From the NCBI GenBank assembly GCA_046594835.1, contig JBKJQZ010000348.1:1-42835 (forward strand): a DNA stretch of 42,835 nt, read 5' to 3'. Each line of letters opens with the position of its first letter. The stretch's first letter is position 1. Below are positions 38,508 through 42,835 of the stretch, one piece after another. The notes below the pieces were generated by a model, which was not told where the DNA came from, did no database searches, and saw nothing but the letters and a program-made list of their open reading frames with translations. Source of the stretch: Acidimicrobiales bacterium (GTDB lineage: Bacteria; Actinomycetota; Acidimicrobiia; Acidimicrobiales; JACCXE01). A program made the position numbers and the translations under genes.

Positions 38508-39721
38508 AGCCGCTCGACTACGACGCAGTCCGCAAGCTCACCGAGGCGCTCGCAGAGCCGTTGTCGGCCGAAGACCAGACCGTCCAGTCGATGGCCGATG
38601 TCAGCCCGACCAAATGGCACCGGGCCCACACCACGTGGTTCTTCGAAACGTTTCTGCTCGAACCGTCGCTCGCCGAGTACCGGTCCTTCGACGATCACTA
38701 CCGCTACCTCTTCAACTCGTATTACGAAGGCATCGGGCCGCGGCACGCGCGCAACGAACGGGGCCTGTTGACCCGCCCGGGCGCCAAAGAGATCGGCGAC
38801 TACCGCCACCACGTCGACGACAACATGCACGTCTTGCTCGCCAACGCTGCCGATGACGAAGCCGTGTCGTCGCTGGTGCAGCTTGGTCTGCATCACGAGC
38901 AGCAGCACCAGGAGCTCATAGTGATGGACATCAAGCACGTCCTCGCCATGAACCCGACCCAGCCGCACTACGGCAAGGCGCGTTGGTGGGATCAGCCCAT
39001 CGATCGGTCGACGGGCGGAGGCTGGACCGAACACGACGGCGGCGTCGTCGAAGTGGGCTTCACCGGCAGCGGGTTCAGCTTTGACAACGAAACACCCCGA
39101 CACGAAACCCTGCTGCAGCCGTTCTCGATTTCTGACTCGCTCGTCTCGTGTGGCGACTGGCTCGCGTTCATGCAAGACGGTGGCTACCAGCGCCCTGAGT
39201 TCTGGATGTCGGATGGTTGGGCCACGGTCAAGGCCGAGGGCTGGGATGCGCCGCTGTACTGGTGGCTTGAGGGCGACGAGTGGATGAGCTTCACGATGGG
39301 CGGTCCGCTTGCCGTGCGCGACGACGAACCGGTTGTTCACGTGAGCTGGTATGAGGCCGACGCCTATGCGCGCTGGGCCGGGGCCCGTCTCCCTACCGAG
39401 AACGAGTGGGAAACTGCGGCGCCTGCGAAGGTGCCGACGCGCGGCGGGCTCGACGTGAAGTGCCTGCACCCCGTCGTCGACGACTGGTTCGGCTCGGTGT
39501 GGCAGTGGACCGCCTCGGCCTACTCGGCGTATCCCGGCTTCGTGCCCGCGCCCGGCGCCGTCGGTGAGTACAACGGCAAGTTCATGATCAATCAGCAGGT
39601 GCTGAAAGGCTCGTCGTTCGCGACGCCCAAGGGTCACGCCCGGCGGACCTACCGCAACTTCTTCGGCCCCCACTGCCGCTGGGCCTTCAGCGGCCTCCGC
39701 CTCGCCCGCGACCTCACCTAG
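38504..39721 (+). CDS. egtB: Hercynine sulfoxide synthase EgtB (DinB_2 domain plus FGE-sulfatase/C-lectin-like domain).
   Basis: [27 protein letters not shown] (iron-binding His residues), [25 protein letters not shown], and C-terminal RNFF. ATGA overlap with egtD. Confidence 0.85.
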   Translation: MKPLDYDAVRKLTEALAEPLSAEDQTVQSMADVSPTKWHRAHTTWFFETFLLEPSLAEYRSFDDHYRYLFNSYYEGIGPRHARNERGLLTRPGAKEIGDYRHHVDDNMHVLLANAADDEAVSSLVQLGLHHEQQHQELIVMDIKHVLAMNPTQPHYGKARWWDQPIDRSTGGGWTEHDGGVVEVGFTGSGFSFDNETPRHETLLQPFSISDSLVSCGDWLAFMQDGGYQRPEFWMSDGWATVKAEGWDAPLYWWLEGDEWMSFTMGGPLAVRDDEPVVHVSWYEADAYARWAGARLPTENEWETAAPAKVPTRGGLDVKCLHPVVDDWFGSVWQWTASAYSAYPGFVPAPGAVGEYNGKFMINQQVLKGSSFATPKGHARRTYRNFFGPHCRWAFSGLRLARDLT

Positions 39722-39791
39722 CCCGTTCCGCCACACCCGTTCTGCTTCTTCGCAGCCGATCGGGTCTCCCAGCCCCGCGGTGCTCGAGCCG

Positions 39792-39875
39792 GACTCGTTG
39801 GTCGATCGTGGTCGCAGAGCGACCGTTCGAGACCAACGAGTAACGGTCGCCGACTCGTTGGTCGATCGTGGTCGC
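39792..39875. repeat. Perfect 24-nt direct repeat (GACTCGTTGGTCGATCGTGGTCGC), two copies, 60-nt period.
   Basis: The copies are at 39792-39815 and 39852-39875. The 36-nt spacer carries the reverse complements GCGACC (39819-24) and GACCAACGAG (39831-40) of parts of the repeat. Confidence 0.85.
39795..39840. terminator. Interrupted hairpin between convergent egtB and the TrmO-like gene (possible bidirectional terminator).
   Basis: CTCGTTGGTC (39795-804) pairs with GACCAACGAG (39831-40). An inner stem forms between GGTCGC (39810-15) and GCGACC (39819-24) with an AGA loop, and a 6x6 internal loop separates the two stems. There is no U-tract. Confidence 0.35.
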
Positions 39876-40342
39876 TACGACGTCGACCAGTAGTTGGCCA
39901 TGAGTTCGGTCGACCAGGCGGGCTGACGGACCGCGGAGCGGGGAGCGAAGCCGGTCATATACGGCTTCATGTCGACTACTGGTGTGGCGTCGATCGCGTC
40001 AAGGCCGCGCACCTGCACGCGTAGCCCGTCGACCGCCACGATCTCGCACGTGGTGACGCCGATCCGGTTCGGACGCCCCTTCGCCCGCTGCGCGAAGATC
40101 CCGACGAGCGGCCAGTCCGGGTTGTTGCGTGGATGCCGGGCCCGCGTCTCGATCTTCGCCTCGTCGACGAGGTGGAACACATACACAACCTCGAGGTGGC
40201 TGAAGTCGGCGAGCCCGGCCGTTACGTCGGGATCGAACTGTGCCGAATCCAGCTCGATGACCGCCTCGACCTCACCCCAGTTGTCGTCGACCGCCTCAAC
40301 CCGCCCGCCCCGGATGTGACCAACCGGCGTGAGTTCGATCAA
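39875..40342 (-). CDS. TsaA/TrmO (YaeB, UPF0066) family SAM-dependent methyltransferase-like protein, short single-domain form.
   Basis: TPVGHIRGG start of the beta-barrel, FSHLEVVYVFH, GIFAQRAKGRPNRIGVTTCEIV, and GLDAIDATPVVDMKPY. The TTG at 40342 overlaps the metH stop (TTGA). The ORF-track upstream extension overlaps metH. Confidence 0.7.
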   Translation of the reverse strand: MIELTPVGHIRGGRVEAVDDNWGEVEAVIELDSAQFDPDVTAGLADFSHLEVVYVFHLVDEAKIETRARHPRNNPDWPLVGIFAQRAKGRPNRIGVTTCEIVAVDGLRVQVRGLDAIDATPVVDMKPYMTGFAPRSAVRQPAWSTELMANYWSTS

Positions 40343-42835
40343 GCGACGAAGTATTTGGCTTGGGGGTGGTGCAGGATCAAAGCCGAGGTGGTTTGTTCGG
40401 GTTGGTATTGGAACGAGGTTTCTTCGTTGCACTCGACGCCTATGCGTTCGGCTTCGAGCAGCTCGTTGATCTTCACGTTGTCTTCGAGGTCGGGGCAGGC
40501 CGGGTAGCCGAAGGAATACCGGCCGCCGCGGTACTGCTGACGAAACAGCCCTGCGATCGATGGGCCGTCTTCGTTGGCGAAGCCCCACTCCTCACGGATG
40601 CGGCGGTGCCAAAGCTCGGCGAGGGCTTCGGCCATTTCCACTCCGAGCCCGTGCACGTGGAGGTAGTCGGTGTACCTGTTCTCGGCGAACAACTTGGCCG
40701 CATATTCCGACACCACGTTGCCCATCGTCACCACGTGGAACGCCACGTAGTCCTTATCGGGCGAGCCGACCGGGCGCACGAAGTCGGCGATGCACATAAA
40801 CGGGTCTTGCTGTTGACGGGGGAGCGCGAAGCGCATGTACTCGGCGGTGCGGTCGTCGTCTTTCCAGATGACGAGGTCGTTGCCGTCGGCATTAGCGGCG
40901 AAGTAGCCGTACGCGACCTGCGGCACGAGCAGCCCGAGCGCCTTGGCCTCGGCCATGCGCTCACGCAGCACCGGGCGGATGCGGTCCTTGAAGGCGGCGT
41001 CGCTCTCCGCTTTGCCTCCGCCGGCAGGCGTGGCCGACTCGGGCCGGTACTGCCACTGGTTGCGGAACAGGGCGGTCTCGTTGATGTACTCGGCGATGTC
41101 GTCGAGGGCGATGCCCTTGATCACGCGCGTGCCAAGGAACGGCGGAGTGAACACTGTGTTGTCCGCCGCAACGGCCGGTGAACGTGCCGGCAATGAGGCC
41201 GGATCGACGACGGGCTTGGGCGCACGCTTGGGCAGTACGCGGCCACCGGCCTCCCGGCCGAACGCGGTGTCGTCGGCGAGCGTGCCCGCTCGCTTGCGCG
41301 TCATGAGGTCGTCGAGCGTGTGAAGCCCTTCGAACGCGTCCTTGCCGTAGAAGACGCGGCCGTCGTAGACCTCACGCAGGTCGCGCTCCACGTACGAGCG
41401 CGTGAGCGCAGCGCCGCCGAGGATGACCGGCGTCTCGCCGGCGAGACCGGCGGCGTTGAGCTCCTCGAGGTTCTCGCGCATGATCAGCGTGGACTTCACG
41501 AGCAGCCCGCTCATGCCGATGGCGTCGGCGCCGACCTCGCGCGCCTTTTGCACCATGTCGTTGAGCGGCACCTTGATGCCGAGGTTGTGCACCTCGTAGC
41601 CGTTGTTGGTGAGGATGATGTCGACGAGGTTCTTGCCGATGTCGTGCACGTCGCCCTTTACCGTGGCGAGGACGATGCGGCCCTTGGTGGAGTCCTCGGT
41701 CTTGGGCATGTGGGGCTCTAGGTGGGCGACCGCGGCCTTCATCGCCTCGGCCGATTGCAGCACGAACGGCAGCTGCATTTCGCCCCGACCGAACAGATCG
41801 CCGACGGTCTTCATGCCGTCGAGGAGCGTGTCGTTGAGGATGCCGAGCGCGTCGGTTGTAACGAGCGCCTCGTCGAGGTCGGCTTCCATGCCGGCGCGGT
41901 CGCCTTCGATGATGCGGGACTTGAGCCGCTCTTCAACCGGCCAGCCGCTGCGGTCTTCTTTCTCGAGCGCTCCAGCCGTCACGCCCTCGAACTTGTTGAG
42001 CAGGATGTGCAGAGGGTCATACGCAGGCTCGTCACCAACTGCGGGGCGGCGACGGTCGTAGATGAGATCAAGCGCAAGCTGCTTGTCTTCCTCGTCGATG
42101 CGGTTGAGCGGCATCAGGCGCCCGGCGTGTGCGATCGCGCCCGTGAGCCCGGCCTGTACGCACTCGTGCAGGAACACCGAGTTGATCACGTGGCGCAGCG
42201 CCGGGTAGAGGCCGAAGGAGATGTTGGACAGCCCCAGCGTGGTGAAGCAGTTCGGCAACTCCTGCGAAATAAGGCGGATGCCCTCGATGGTGGAGGCGCC
42301 GTCGCCGCGGGACTCCTCGAGGCCGGCGCCGATGGTCAAGGCCAGCGCGTCAAAGAGCAGGTCTTCGTCGCGCAGGCCGTAGCGGTTCACGGCAAGGTCG
42401 CGGATCTTTTGGGCCGAACGCAGCTTCCACTCCGGGGTGCGGGCCTGGCCTTCTTCGTCGATGCAGGTGCACACAACCGCGGCGCCGAACTCGGCGGCCA
42501 TCGTGAGCACCTTGTGAAAGCGCGTGTCCTCGCCGTGGCCGTCTTCGAGGTTGACCGAGTTGATGATCGCCCGGGCGCCGAGGCGCTCGAGCCCGGCGCG
42601 GATGACGTCGGGCTCGGTCGAGTCGATCACCATCACTGCGTCGATGCGTTCGGCGATGCGGCGCGCCAGTTCGCTCATGTCGGGTACGCCGTCGCGCCCG
42701 ACGTAGTCGACACACACATCGACCGCGTGGCTGCCTTCCTTCACGCCGTCGCGGGCGATGCCCTCGCAGGTGTCCCAGTCCTCGACCAACAACGCATCGC
42801 GGAACGCACGCGAGCCGTTGGCGTTGGTGCGCTCG
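40339..42835 (-). CDS. metH: Cobalamin-dependent methionine synthase. Its 5' end (homocysteine-binding domain) lies beyond the window.
   Basis: Pterin-binding domain (ERTNANGSRAFRDAL, VDVCVDY), B12-binding motif LATVKGDVHDIGKNLV, AdoMet activation domain, and C-terminal HHPQAKYFVA. The frame stays open to nt 42835. Confidence 0.93.
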   Translation of the reverse strand, partial: ERTNANGSRAFRDALLVEDWDTCEGIARDGVKEGSHAVDVCVDYVGRDGVPDMSELARRIAERIDAVMVIDSTEPDVIRAGLERLGARAIINSVNLEDGHGEDTRFHKVLTMAAEFGAAVVCTCIDEEGQARTPEWKLRSAQKIRDLAVNRYGLRDEDLLFDALALTIGAGLEESRGDGASTIEGIRLISQELPNCFTTLGLSNISFGLYPALRHVINSVFLHECVQAGLTGAIAHAGRLMPLNRIDEEDKQLALDLIYDRRRPAVGDEPAYDPLHILLNKFEGVTAGALEKEDRSGWPVEERLKSRIIEGDRAGMEADLDEALVTTDALGILNDTLLDGMKTVGDLFGRGEMQLPFVLQSAEAMKAAVAHLEPHMPKTEDSTKGRIVLATVKGDVHDIGKNLVDIILTNNGYEVHNLGIKVPLNDMVQKAREVGADAIGMSGLLVKSTLIMRENLEELNAAGLAGETPVILGGAALTRSYVERDLREVYDGRVFYGKDAFEGLHTLDDLMTRKRAGTLADDTAFGREAGGRVLPKRAPKPVVDPASLPARSPAVAADNTVFTPPFLGTRVIKGIALDDIAEYINETALFRNQWQYRPESATPAGGGKAESDAAFKDRIRPVLRERMAEAKALGLLVPQVAYGYFAANADGNDLVIWKDDDRTAEYMRFALPRQQQDPFMCIADFVRPVGSPDKDYVAFHVVTMGNVVSEYAAKLFAENRYTDYLHVHGLGVEMAEALAELWHRRIREEWGFANEDGPSIAGLFRQQYRGGRYSFGYPACPDLEDNVKINELLEAERIGVECNEETSFQYQPEQTTSALILHHPQAKYFVA

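Noticed and set aside
39792-39875. The direct repeats considered as a mini-CRISPR array.
   Set aside because: There are only two copies. The spacer is complementary to the repeats themselves. No cas genes or leader are present, and the second copy overlaps a stop codon.

Overview
Visibly GC-rich, almost fully coding chromosomal segment of actinobacterial type (an Acidimicrobiia-like origin is only a guess from gene content). I count about 38 genes, mostly housekeeping, packed into operons with many 4-nt start/stop overlaps (ATGA, GTGA, TTGA).

Gene order:
- DinB-like protein and a YibE/F membrane protein
- comEA-comEC-folP(like)-holA
- an active/inactive M16 peptidase pair
- GT4 glycosyltransferase, rpsT, 2-hydroxyacid dehydrogenase, lepA
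- a lipoprotein coupled to a minimal GGDEF cyclase
- nucleotide-sugar dehydrogenase, aceE, rnhA
- an amidohydrolase divergent from a TetR-led LIV-type ABC importer operon (fused LivH-LivM permease, MFS-NBD-NBD fusion, oversized binding protein)
- SDR
- thiG-thiH-hypothetical
- lpdA-E2-lipB::lipA-M24 peptidase-membrane protein
- egtD-egtB
- TrmO-like gene coupled to metH (runs off the window)

I found no rRNA, tRNA, CRISPR array, transposase, integrase, phage gene or recognisable defence gene. I see no convincing evidence of a wholly new multi-gene system, and the window reads as core genome.

The items most worth a second look are unusual architectures:
- the 987-aa MFS + LivF + LivG fusion inside the TetR-controlled transporter locus
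- the in-frame LipB-LipA fusion
- the membrane-anchored minimal GGDEF protein coupled to an unknown Thr-rich lipoprotein
- a duplicated DinB 3' end flanking the YibE/F gene
- a perfect 24-nt direct repeat with alternative hairpins downstream of egtB

All family calls come from motif recognition by eye. No database search was run.
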